A stretch of 58,092 nt of DNA from an uncultured Candidatus Actinomarina sp. GTDB lineage: Bacteria; Actinomycetota; Acidimicrobiia; Actinomarinales; Actinomarinaceae. Made by a program: the position numbers and the translations under genes. Location of the stretch: contig CABXDL010000005.1 of the NCBI GenBank assembly GCA_902510995.1, forward strand, positions 1 through 58,092, read 5' to 3'. Positions 36,730 to 46,037 of the stretch are shown in pieces (position 1 is the stretch's first letter; each line of letters starts with the position of its first letter). Under the pieces are notes generated by a model. The model was not told where the DNA came from, did no database searches, and saw nothing but the letters and a program-made list of their open reading frames with translations.

Positions 36730-39210
36730 TTATGACTCAGTATCCACAAAGTCAACTTGAGGTTCATTTGGAGCTTCAACCGCTTCAAAATCAAGGCTTT
36801 CTTCTTTTTGATTGACTGAAACTATAATTGTTGAACCTGCTTTATATTTTCCCTTAAGCAATTCCTCAGAAAGAGGGTCTTCCAAAAGTCTTTGTATAGA
36901 CCTTCTTAAAGGTCTTGCTCCAAACTCTTTGTCGTAGCCTTCAGTAGCTAAGAATTGTTTTGCTTCTTCTGATAGGACAATTTCTAAATCTGAATTCTTT
37001 AATTGCTTATGAACCCTATCCAGCATAAGGTCAACTATTTCTTTAACCTCATCAGGAGTTAATTCATGAAACACTATAGTTTCATCAATTCTATTCAAGA
37101 ACTCAGGCTTGAAGTATCTTTTTAGCTCTTCATTAACTTTTGATTTCATTTTTTCGTAAGAATCATTTCCATCCAAATTACTAAATCCAATATTTTTACT
37201 TAAATCTTTTGTTCCAAGATTAGAAGTCATAATAATTACAGTATTCTTAAAATCCACTGTTCTTCCTTGTGCGTCTGTTAGTCTTCCGTCTTCTAAAATT
37301 TGTAAAAGCGTATTAAAAACATCGGGGTGGGCTTTCTCAACCTCATCTAATAAAACAACACTGAAAGGCTTCCTTCGAACAGCTTCTGTTAACTGTCCCC
37401 CCTCATCGTATCCAACATACCCAGGAGGTGAACCTATAAGCCTACTAACTGTATGTTTTTCCATATATTCTGACATATCAATTTGTATCAAAGAATCTTC
37501 ATCTCCAAACAAAAACTCTGCTAAAGCTTTTGCAGTTTCTGTTTTGCCAACACCAGAAGGCCCTAAGAAGATAAAAGATCCAGAGGGTCTTTTTGGGTCT
37601 TTTAACCCAGACCTTGTTCTTCTTATGGCCTTTGATACAGCTGAAATTGCTTCTTCTTGTCCAATAATTCTTTTATGTAATTCTTTTTCCATTTCAAGCA
37701 ATCTTATAGTTTCTTCTTGAGTCAATCTATGTACTGGGATGCCCGTCCACTGGGCAAGTACTTCTGCTATTTCTTCTTCGTCAATAACCATCTCTACATC
37801 TGTTGAATTAACATCTTCTAACGAGTCAACTTCATCTATAACATTTTTTTCTTGATCTCTTATTTGTGCTGCTTTCTCAAAAAGTTGAGATTGAACAGCA
37901 TCTATTTTTTGTTCTCGTAAATTTTTTAATTTTTCAGCAATTTCCTTTTTTTGACCATCAAGAGGTTTCTTGTATACCCTCATCCTACTTCCTGCTTCAT
38001 CTATTAAATCAATTGCTTTGTCGGGTAAGAATCTATCAGAAATATAGCGATCAGCCATATTCACCGCTGAGACAATAGCTTGCTCTGTAAACCTCACTCC
38101 GTGGTGAACTTCATATCTATCTTTAAGTCCGTCAAGTATTTCTATAGCATCTGCCAGGTTTGGTTCATCCACTTGCACTGATTGAAATCTTCTTTCTAGT
38201 GCTGCGTCTTTTTCAAAATGCTTTCTAAATTCTTCTAAAGTTGTTGCACCAACAGTTTGTAGCTCTCCCCGTGCAAGCATTGGTTTAAGAATAGAGGCAG
38301 CATCAATTGCTCCTTCTGCTGCGCCTGCACCAACTAGGGTATGGATTTCATCTATAAATAAAACAATGTCCCCTCTTGTTCTTATTTCTTTGAGTACTTT
38401 TTTTAATCTTTCTTCAAAATCGCCCCTGTACCTTGAACCAGCAACTAAAGCTGATAAATCTAATGTGTATATCTGTTTTCCTTGAAGGGTTGAAGGGATA
38501 TCTCCAGAAATAATCTTTTGAGCTAAGCCTTCTACTATTGCAGTCTTGCCAACACCAGGCTCACCAATTAATACCGGATTGTTTTTGGTCCTTCTTGATA
38601 AGATCTGCATAACTCTTTCAATTTCTGTTGTTCTTCCAATTACTGGATCAAGCTTTCCTTCTTTAGCCATTCTTGTTAAATTTCTACCAAATTGATCTAG
38701 TATTGCTGAACCTGTTCCTGAGCCAGGCCTTTCTCTCCCTCCAGTAGAGGCTGCTTGTGGTTTCTTACCTTCATCTGAATTCGAAATTAACTTAATCACT
38801 GTCTGCCTAACTTGAGGAAGCTCTGCACCTAATTTCTTTAAAACTTGTGCTGCAACACCTTCACCTTCTCTTATTAACCCAAGTAAAATATGTTCTGTTC
38901 CTATATAGTTGTGACCTAATTGAAGTGCTTCTCTAAGAGAGAGTTCTAAAACTTTTTTTGCTCTTGGTGTAAAAGGAATATGACCACTTGGAGATTGCTG
39001 GCCTTCTCCTATAATCTCAACAACCTCAGACCTAACGCTATCAATATTAATATTCAATTCTTCAAGAGCTTTGGCAGCATGACCTTCACCTTCTTGTATT
39101 AACCCAAGTAAAATATGTTCTGTTCCTATATAGTTGTGATTTAATCGCCTTGCCTCTTCTTGTGCAAGAACTACAACTCTTCTCGCTCTATCTGTAAATC
39201 TCTCAAACAT
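36730..39210 (-). CDS. clpC: ATP-dependent Clp protease ATP-binding subunit ClpC
   Basis: Duplicated Clp_N repeats (HNYIGTEHILLGLI x2). Two AAA+ modules (GEPGVGKTAIVEGLA; GPSGVGKTETAKALA). Confidence 0.95.
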   Translation of the reverse strand: MFERFTDRARRVVVLAQEEARRLNHNYIGTEHILLGLIQEGEGHAAKALEELNINIDSVRSEVVEIIGEGQQSPSGHIPFTPRAKKVLELSLREALQLGHNYIGTEHILLGLIREGEGVAAQVLKKLGAELPQVRQTVIKLISNSDEGKKPQAASTGGRERPGSGTGSAILDQFGRNLTRMAKEGKLDPVIGRTTEIERVMQILSRRTKNNPVLIGEPGVGKTAIVEGLAQKIISGDIPSTLQGKQIYTLDLSALVAGSRYRGDFEERLKKVLKEIRTRGDIVLFIDEIHTLVGAGAAEGAIDAASILKPMLARGELQTVGATTLEEFRKHFEKDAALERRFQSVQVDEPNLADAIEILDGLKDRYEVHHGVRFTEQAIVSAVNMADRYISDRFLPDKAIDLIDEAGSRMRVYKKPLDGQKKEIAEKLKNLREQKIDAVQSQLFEKAAQIRDQEKNVIDEVDSLEDVNSTDVEMVIDEEEIAEVLAQWTGIPVHRLTQEETIRLLEMEKELHKRIIGQEEAISAVSKAIRRTRSGLKDPKRPSGSFIFLGPSGVGKTETAKALAEFLFGDEDSLIQIDMSEYMEKHTVSRLIGSPPGYVGYDEGGQLTEAVRRKPFSVVLLDEVEKAHPDVFNTLLQILEDGRLTDAQGRTVDFKNTVIIMTSNLGTKDLSKNIGFSNLDGNDSYEKMKSKVNEELKRYFKPEFLNRIDETIVFHELTPDEVKEIVDLMLDRVHKQLKNSDLEIVLSEEAKQFLATEGYDKEFGARPLRRSIQRLLEDPLSEELLKGKYKAGSTIIVSVNQKEESLDFEAVEAPNEPQVDFVDTES

Positions 39211-39290
39211 ATCACCATATTAATAAGAGTTTGTTTATACATCTAAATCAAAATTCCAACTATTTATAAAACTCACTTATTCTTAGATAT

Positions 39291-40268
39291 ATGGACTCAA
39301 GTAATCTAAGAAAAATCATACCGATTGAACAATTGTGGGTTAATTTAGAAAATTTTGAAAATCGACTTTATGAAATTAGTAGTTCCAAAGATATCTTTCT
39401 AAACGACATTTCTCAGTATTTAATAAAAGCTGGAGGCAAAAGATTCAGACCTATCTGTACTTTATTAGCAGGAGAATTGGGTAGTGGTAGTAATGAAAAA
39501 ATAATAGATGCTGCTGTATCTGTTGAATTGATTCATTTAGGTAGCCTTTATCATGATGACGTAATTGACGAAGCTGAAACAAGAAGGGGGGTATTGAGCG
39601 CTAATATAAAATGGAATACAACTCTTTCAATACTCGCTGGAGATTATTTATTGGCAAGATCCTCTGAGCTTGCTGCTGAATCTCTAGGTCTTGAATCTGT
39701 AAAATTACTAGCATCTACATACGCTGAACTTGTAGAGGGTCAAACAAAAGAAGTTCAGTACCAATATGATACAAATCATAGTACAGATGATTATATGAAG
39801 GTTATTGAAGGAAAGACAGCAAGCCTAATAAGAACTAGTGCAAAGTTGGGTGCTATGGCTGGAGAGTGTGATAAAAAGACAACTGAAGCAATTAGTAAGT
39901 GGGCTTGGCATAATGGAATTATATTTCAAATTACTGATGACATTTTAGATTTAAGTTCTAATACTGAAACTCTTGGTAAAGAAGCTGGTAAAGACATACT
40001 GGAAGGAACATATACCTTACCTGTGCTTATTGCCTTATCAGAAAATGAGAAAAAAATTAAAGAAATACTAGATGGAATAAAAAATTCAAATATTAATTTG
40101 AGTGATGTAATTAAAGAATTCAACAATGAAGTAACAATTGATAAGTCAAAAAAATATTTAGACTACCACTTTAATGAGAGCATGGAAAGCTTATCAGACA
40201 TTAAAGACATTCAAATTAAAGAAATTTTAATAAGCATAAGTGAATACCTTGTAAATAGAAGTAACTAG
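39291..40268 (+). CDS. polyprenyl diphosphate synthase (trans-isoprenyl, chain length not assignable)
   Basis: First and second Asp-rich motifs: LYHDDVIDEAETRRG and FQITDDILD. Confidence 0.88.
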   Translation: MDSSNLRKIIPIEQLWVNLENFENRLYEISSSKDIFLNDISQYLIKAGGKRFRPICTLLAGELGSGSNEKIIDAAVSVELIHLGSLYHDDVIDEAETRRGVLSANIKWNTTLSILAGDYLLARSSELAAESLGLESVKLLASTYAELVEGQTKEVQYQYDTNHSTDDYMKVIEGKTASLIRTSAKLGAMAGECDKKTTEAISKWAWHNGIIFQITDDILDLSSNTETLGKEAGKDILEGTYTLPVLIALSENEKKIKEILDGIKNSNINLSDVIKEFNNEVTIDKSKKYLDYHFNESMESLSDIKDIQIKEILISISEYLVNRSN

Positions 40269-41752
40269 TTTTCAGGTTTTAAATGAGGAAAAACTGTTAC
40301 TTCCCTTATTGAAGGATTATTAGTTAAAATCATTACAAACCTATCGACACCAAACCCTAGTCCTCCAGTTGGTGGCAATCCATATTGAAGAGCCTCTATA
40401 TAGTCTTGGTCTTCAACATGTGCCTCTTCATCCCCTTTGGCTTTTTTTTGTGCCTGAGTTCTCAGTCTTTTTTCTTGTTCTTCAGAATCAATTAACTCAG
40501 AAAACCCATTAGCTAGCTCACTTCCAAATGCAAATAATTCAAATCTTTCAGTTACACCTGGCTTTTTCTTACTTTCTCTTGCAAATGGTGAGATCTCAAC
40601 TGGATACTCGGTAACAAATGTTGGGTTAGTAATATCATCTTCAATATAGTTTTCAAAAAGCTCATTAACTAACAAACCAATTGATTCAGCTTCAGGTTTA
40701 GTGTCTAAATGCTTTTTCAATGCATTTTTTACTTTTTTTACATCAGAGTCATGCTTTATTTCAGTTTTAAACTTTTTCGAAACAAGATCATACATACTAA
40801 CTCTTCTCCATGGTCCAGAAAAATTAGCTTCACTATCCATAAATTTTACATTTTTCTCAATATCTAATTCATCGAAAATGTGTATACACATGCTCTCTAC
40901 CATGTCCATTACAGTATTCACATCAACATAAGCTTCGTAGCTTTCCATCATTGTAAATTCAGGTAAATGTGTTTGGTCTATGCCTTCATTTCTAAATACT
41001 TTACCTAGTTCAAATACTTTCTCAAAACCCCCAACTATTAATCTTTTCAGATATAACTCTGGAGCTATTCTAAGATACATATCCAAATCTAAAGCATTGT
41101 GATGTGTTATGAAAGGCTTTGCTATAGCTCCTCCTGCTTTAGGTTGTAAAACTGGAGTTTCAACTTCAATAAAACCTTCTGATTCCATAAAGTTTCTAAT
41201 TAGATTTATTATTTTTGATCTTATTTCTATAGTTCTTTTTGAATCTGGATTTACAATAAAATCAAGATATCTTTGTCTAAATCTTGTTTCTTTATCTTTT
41301 AAGCCATGCCATTTTTCGGGAAGTGTTTTTAAGGACTTTGAGAGGATGGTGCTAGATTTTACCTTTATTGATAATTCTCCTTTTTTAGTTTTCATTATTT
41401 CGCCAAGAGCTCCAATGATGTCTCCCGAGTCATAATTCTCAAAAAGAGAAATCTCTTTTTTAGGCATATTACTTTTATCAACTAGAAGTTGTGTTTTGCC
41501 GGTATTATCTAGCAAATCAAAAAATGAAAGCTTCCCAAAAGAACGGCTTTGTAGAATCCTTCCTTTAATTAAAACTTCAATTCCAGTATGTTCTCCAGGC
41601 ACTATTTCGTTGTGTTTCTCAATAATATCTTTTATGTCAACAGCACCTTCAAAGCTTGTTGGAAAAGAACTAGAAGTTAATTCATTAAAAAAACTAATCT
41701 TTTGCTTTCTTAACTCAAAAATTTCCTTTTCTGATTTTGAAAAATTGCTCAC
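40265..41752 (-). CDS. lysS: lysine--tRNA ligase (class II)
   Basis: OB-fold N-terminal domain and a class II core (FRNEGID; ELANGFSEL; GLGFGVDR). Confidence 0.95.
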   Translation of the reverse strand: MSNFSKSEKEIFELRKQKISFFNELTSSSFPTSFEGAVDIKDIIEKHNEIVPGEHTGIEVLIKGRILQSRSFGKLSFFDLLDNTGKTQLLVDKSNMPKKEISLFENYDSGDIIGALGEIMKTKKGELSIKVKSSTILSKSLKTLPEKWHGLKDKETRFRQRYLDFIVNPDSKRTIEIRSKIINLIRNFMESEGFIEVETPVLQPKAGGAIAKPFITHHNALDLDMYLRIAPELYLKRLIVGGFEKVFELGKVFRNEGIDQTHLPEFTMMESYEAYVDVNTVMDMVESMCIHIFDELDIEKNVKFMDSEANFSGPWRRVSMYDLVSKKFKTEIKHDSDVKKVKNALKKHLDTKPEAESIGLLVNELFENYIEDDITNPTFVTEYPVEISPFARESKKKPGVTERFELFAFGSELANGFSELIDSEEQEKRLRTQAQKKAKGDEEAHVEDQDYIEALQYGLPPTGGLGFGVDRFVMILTNNPSIREVTVFPHLKPEN

Positions 41753-41761
41753 TTATACAGC

Positions 41762-42529
41762 CTAATTATTTAATTTATATATTTCTTCAAGTCCATCTAA
41801 TGTTAAGTTCTCTTCAAAATTAGATTTAATATTTAAGAGAGGGTGAATTACCTTACCTAAACCCCCGGTAATAAGAACTCTTGGTGACAATCCAGTCTCA
41901 AGAATTATTTTCTCAATCATAGAATCAATCATAGAAGTGTGCCCTAATATAAGGCCACTTTGTATTGCTTCGTATGTATTCTTACCAACAACATTTTTTG
42001 GTGTCTCTAGTTCAACAGATTTAAGAGAAGATGTCTTTGAAGTAAGTGCATCTAAACTAACTTTTATACCAGGAGCAATAGACCCCCCTAAGTATTCTTT
42101 TTTATCATTAACTAAATCAAAAGTAGTTGCAGTACCTAGATCAACAACAATAACTGAAGATCCAGTTTTAATATATCCTCCAATAGAATTTGCAATTCTG
42201 TCTGGGCCTAGTTCCTTTGGGTTGTCTATATTAACTTTTAAACCTGTTTTTACTCCTGGTCCAACGACTATTGCGTCTTTGGAAATAAACTTACTAGTTG
42301 CCAATGCAACACTGTTGGTAATCTGAGGAACAACCGAACAAACTATTGCCCCATCAATTAAATTTTCTTTAAGAGGTTTTGTATCAATAATTGTTTTGAA
42401 CATCATAAGTAACTCATCAGAAGTTATTGTTTTTCTGGTAGTAAACCGATAACCTGCCCATTTATCAGAATTACCAACCCCAACAGTTGTCTCACTGTTG
42501 CCCACATCGATAGCTATAATTTTTTTCAT
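41762..42529 (-). CDS. coaX: type III pantothenate kinase
   Basis: AIDVGNSETTVG phosphate-1 motif, GTATTFD, 255 aa. Confidence 0.9.
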   Translation of the reverse strand: MKKIIAIDVGNSETTVGVGNSDKWAGYRFTTRKTITSDELLMMFKTIIDTKPLKENLIDGAIVCSVVPQITNSVALATSKFISKDAIVVGPGVKTGLKVNIDNPKELGPDRIANSIGGYIKTGSSVIVVDLGTATTFDLVNDKKEYLGGSIAPGIKVSLDALTSKTSSLKSVELETPKNVVGKNTYEAIQSGLILGHTSMIDSMIEKIILETGLSPRVLITGGLGKVIHPLLNIKSNFEENLTLDGLEEIYKLNN

Positions 42530-43341
42530 GCACCCTCCAATTTAAATTCAATATTATCAACTAACCTTACACCCTCGATGGTTGCAGCCAGTAAAACAAT
42601 ATACTCGTATGTTTTTTCTGTTGGCTTAGAAAATGTTTCTAAATTTAATATTTCTAGATAATCAATAACTATATTTGGATACTTTGAACTAAAGACTTCA
42701 AAAGCATATAATTCTCTTCTGTCGCGAAATTCTTTTTTTACTTCTTTAAGTATTGTATAAAGTAAAGTAGCTTTTTCTTTACCGCTATCAGTTAATAATA
42801 AATTTCGACTGCTCAATGCCAAACCTGATCTTTCTCTGATAGTCTTACCTTCAATTATTTCTATTTCATATCTTTTTTTAAATACCATTTCTTTAATCAA
42901 AAATAATTGTTGTGCATCTTTCTTTCCAAAAATTGCAACTTTAGGCTTAATTAGTTCGAACAGTCTATTAACAACAGTGAGGACCCCATCAAAATGTCCC
43001 GGTCTTGAGCTGCCTTCATATTGTTTCCCCAAGACTCCGGAATCAATTATCTCAAAATCATTTTTAGAATAAATATAATTACTTTCTGGAATAAATAAAT
43101 AATCAATATTCAAATCCTGTAATATTTTTATGTCATCTTCAATTGGCCTAGGGTAGCTATTAAAATCTTCTTCTTCATTAAATTGCTTTTCATTAACAAA
43201 GATGGAAACCATTGTTAGCAAACCTAATTTCTTTCCTTCCTCAATTAATGAAAGATGCCCATTGTGCAAGGCGCCCATCGTAGGAATTAAACAAATATCG
43301 CTATTTAATATATCTTGATTTATTTCTTTTATAATTTTCAT
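42526..43341 (-). CDS. panC: pantoate--beta-alanine ligase
   Basis: PTMGALHNGHLSL (HIGH-like) and FGKKDAQQ motifs. Confidence 0.92.
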   Translation of the reverse strand: MKIIKEINQDILNSDICLIPTMGALHNGHLSLIEEGKKLGLLTMVSIFVNEKQFNEEEDFNSYPRPIEDDIKILQDLNIDYLFIPESNYIYSKNDFEIIDSGVLGKQYEGSSRPGHFDGVLTVVNRLFELIKPKVAIFGKKDAQQLFLIKEMVFKKRYEIEIIEGKTIRERSGLALSSRNLLLTDSGKEKATLLYTILKEVKKEFRDRRELYAFEVFSSKYPNIVIDYLEILNLETFSKPTEKTYEYIVLLAATIEGVRLVDNIEFKLEGA

Positions 43342-43373
43342 ATTTATCGTGCCCTAAAATTTGGTGCCCGTAA

Positions 43374-43847
43374 TTACTTGTAATTTATAGTACCCACTTT
43401 AATTAATTTCTGGTCATTTATTTTGTAATCTAATAACTTAAAATCATTAAATAATTCTGAAAGTGGTTCTATAACAAACCTTCTGTTTTGCCAATCATAA
43501 TGCGGAATTGTTAATTCTTTATCTTGCATATCAATGTTGTTGAAAAATATAATATCTATATCAATCACCCTAGGCCCATATCTAAAAGTTTCTTTTCTCC
43601 CAATTAATTTTTCAATTTTTTTTATATCTTTTAAAAGGCTTTGGGGATTTTTTTTATATTCAACCTCAACTACTAAATTAAGAAAGTTTTCTTGTTCTTC
43701 AAAAAGTATTGCCTCTGAATCATATATTGAAGATGCTTTCTTAATCTGAGATATTCTAGATAGTTCTTTTAAAGAATTTTCAATATTTAGCTCTCTGTTT
43801 GCAACATTAGAACCTATAGATAAAATAATTTTGTTAAAATTCTTCAC
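43374..43847 (-). CDS. folK: 2-amino-4-hydroxy-6-hydroxymethyldihydropteridine diphosphokinase
   Basis: GPRVIDIDIIFF and IPHYDW..RRFV motifs, 157 aa. Confidence 0.9.
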   Translation of the reverse strand: MKNFNKIILSIGSNVANRELNIENSLKELSRISQIKKASSIYDSEAILFEEQENFLNLVVEVEYKKNPQSLLKDIKKIEKLIGRKETFRYGPRVIDIDIIFFNNIDMQDKELTIPHYDWQNRRFVIEPLSELFNDFKLLDYKINDQKLIKVGTINYK

Positions 43848-44211
43848 TTACTGTAACGCTTATATCTTCTGTTGTTTGATTTAATAATGTCTCGGGTTTA
43901 TGAACAGTAACAGAAATCCCTTTGATAACTTTTATCACACTTGTATCGTTACCTAAATGCTCAATATCCTTGAGTAACTTTTTAGCAAGAGTTTCAATTA
44001 AATTAAATGATTCTTTTTTTACTAAGTCAATTATTAGTTGGACAATTGTCTCATAATTAATTGTTTCTTCTAACGAATCTTCTGATTCTTTTATATCCTC
44101 AAACCTTAGCTTGACATCGACCAGGAAGAGCTGTTCCTCTTTTTTTTCTTCAGTGTAAACACCATGTTTTCCATATGCTTTAACCCCTTTAACATCAATT
44201 GATAAGGACAT
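43834..44211 (-). CDS. folB: dihydroneopterin aldolase
   Basis: 125 aa. GKHGVYTEEKKEEQLFLVDVKL plus the operon context between folP and folK. Confidence 0.85.
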   Translation of the reverse strand: MSLSIDVKGVKAYGKHGVYTEEKKEEQLFLVDVKLRFEDIKESEDSLEETINYETIVQLIIDLVKKESFNLIETLAKKLLKDIEHLGNDTSVIKVIKGISVTVHKPETLLNQTTEDISVTVSEEF

Positions 44212-44213
44212 TT

Positions 44214-44684
44214 TTAATTATTCGGGATAAAAGAAATCGCTGTAGGAGAAAGTGGTTTTCCTAAAATTCTTTCAAGAATTGTTCTAGCTAAGATTGGATC
44301 GTCTAGAAGTTTTGAATAAATTAAATAACCTGCGAGTATCCCGGGTATTTCTTCGTCTAAATACTCTCTATGGATCAAGAGTTTTATCTCTTTATCAGCT
44401 AAAGCTTCTTTAATAGATGTAAAAATTAAATCTATAGATTCCTTTTGAACATTAGGACTAAGAGGAAAATGATATGTTCTAAATCCAACTTCTTGATAGT
44501 TTTTTAAATTAAAATCAGACTCTAATAAAGAAAAAATTGAATTTATTCCTTGACTCTTTAGCCACTGGATTTCTTCTTCTCTCCTAATTTTTCTTGCTGT
44601 TAGTCCACCACCACCTATACACTCAGATACAGCAAGCTTTCCTTCAATCACCCAGTAAAAATCATTTGGTTTCAAACCTGCCAT
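44214..44684 (-). CDS. DUSP23-like (atypical dual-specificity phosphatase fold) protein lacking the catalytic Cys/Arg/Asp; probable pseudophosphatase
   Basis: The N-terminal NDFYWVIEGKLAVS resembles NFxWV.pG.LAg of small DUSPs. Where HCxxGxxR is expected, the sequence reads LLIHREYLDEEIPG. Tightly packed between folP and folB. Confidence 0.5.
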   Translation of the reverse strand: MAGLKPNDFYWVIEGKLAVSECIGGGGLTARKIRREEEIQWLKSQGINSIFSLLESDFNLKNYQEVGFRTYHFPLSPNVQKESIDLIFTSIKEALADKEIKLLIHREYLDEEIPGILAGYLIYSKLLDDPILARTILERILGKPLSPTAISFIPNN

Positions 44685-44728
44685 TAATCCCCTTATAAAT
44701 ACTCAGTATATTAGCTTACACTTAAATT

Positions 44729-45472
44729 TCATTTATCTATGTGTAATCGAACCAGTGAAACCCCTGAATTGTAGCAATGATCTAAAAGGTTGTCTCTGGG
44801 TAAAGATGCTGAATCAATAAATTTCTTATTTGAGTAACCAACAACTACAGGAAAGTCGCCAACCAAACTCTCGATTTCTAACAACAATCTAGCTGAATCT
44901 TCTAATTTCTTTCCAAAGCCTAATCCTGGATCAATTGCAATTTGAGATTCATGTAGGCCTAAATTAATTAATCTAGAAATCTCTTTATTTATTTGGACTT
45001 TAACTTCACTAACTATATCTTTGTAGTCCATTTTTTCATGAATATTTTTAGAAAGAGGGTGTCTATGAACAAGAATAATCCCAGAACCATACTCTACAGC
45101 TTTGTTTATTATTTCTTGATTCCGAAAACCGAAAACATCATTTATGACTGAGAAACCCGAACCTAGAGCTTTATCAATAACTTCTACGTTATTGGAATCT
45201 ATAGAATATTTAAATTCATTATTCATACTATTAAGAAAATACTGGAGTCTATTCAGTTCATCTAGCTTATCTATATTCATAAAATAGGGCTTAGTAGACA
45301 TACACCCTACGTCTAAGAATTCTATACCCATATCTCTTGCAGTTAAAAATCTTTGTTGTAATGATTTTTTAGACCCTAAAACACCGTCTCCAAAAAATGA
45401 ATCGGGAGTTATATTTATAATCCCCATAATTTTTTTATCTAGTGTAGATAAAAAGTCTTTCCAGGAAAACAA
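44729..45472 (-). CDS. folP: dihydropteroate synthase
   Basis: MGIINITPDSFFGDG and DPGLGFGK motifs. The start could instead be the internal Met (MGIIN). Confidence 0.92.
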   Translation of the reverse strand: MFSWKDFLSTLDKKIMGIINITPDSFFGDGVLGSKKSLQQRFLTARDMGIEFLDVGCMSTKPYFMNIDKLDELNRLQYFLNSMNNEFKYSIDSNNVEVIDKALGSGFSVINDVFGFRNQEIINKAVEYGSGIILVHRHPLSKNIHEKMDYKDIVSEVKVQINKEISRLINLGLHESQIAIDPGLGFGKKLEDSARLLLEIESLVGDFPVVVGYSNKKFIDSASLPRDNLLDHCYNSGVSLVRLHIDK

Positions 45473-45473
45473 A

Positions 45474-46037
45474 TTAATTTAAATTTAAAATTGCTTCTGA
45501 GCGTAAAGAATAATCTAACTCATATAAGCCTGTTGAATAAGTAGTGATTATGTCAGAAATTGAATTTTTAGGATTAATCATATCTGAGCATAAGTGCTTA
45601 GCTTTTATTCTCGCAAAAACTCCTTCGCATTCAAGTACGCCATTAATGGTATTGACTATTGTTTCTGTAAGTTTTTCTTGAAGTGTTAATTCATTTGAAA
45701 GATGCTCAATTAAATCAGCAAATTTTGAGAATCCAGCAATTTTCTGTGATGGAAATATTGCAATATCAACAAATCCAAAAAATGGTAACAAATGATGCTC
45801 ACACAAACTTATAAAAGGTAACTGTTTAAAATAAATTGGCTGGTTGTGGTCAACACTATCCAGTTCACTAAAAATAAAATTGATGTCATTATCCTTATCT
45901 TCTAATTTCATTTCAATTTGCTTTAAAAATCTCTCTGAAATATTTTTCGTTTCCTCAATACTTTTATTTGAATTATCAGAAAGAAAGGCTGCTAAGGCTT
46001 CCTTAACATCTATTTTTTCTTCAGTGTTCTTTTTCAT
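45474..46037 (-). CDS. folE: GTP cyclohydrolase I
   Basis: [12 protein letters not shown] zinc-site motif, 187 aa. Confidence 0.92.
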   Translation of the reverse strand: MKKNTEEKIDVKEALAAFLSDNSNKSIEETKNISERFLKQIEMKLEDKDNDINFIFSELDSVDHNQPIYFKQLPFISLCEHHLLPFFGFVDIAIFPSQKIAGFSKFADLIEHLSNELTLQEKLTETIVNTINGVLECEGVFARIKAKHLCSDMINPKNSISDIITTYSTGLYELDYSLRSEAILNLN

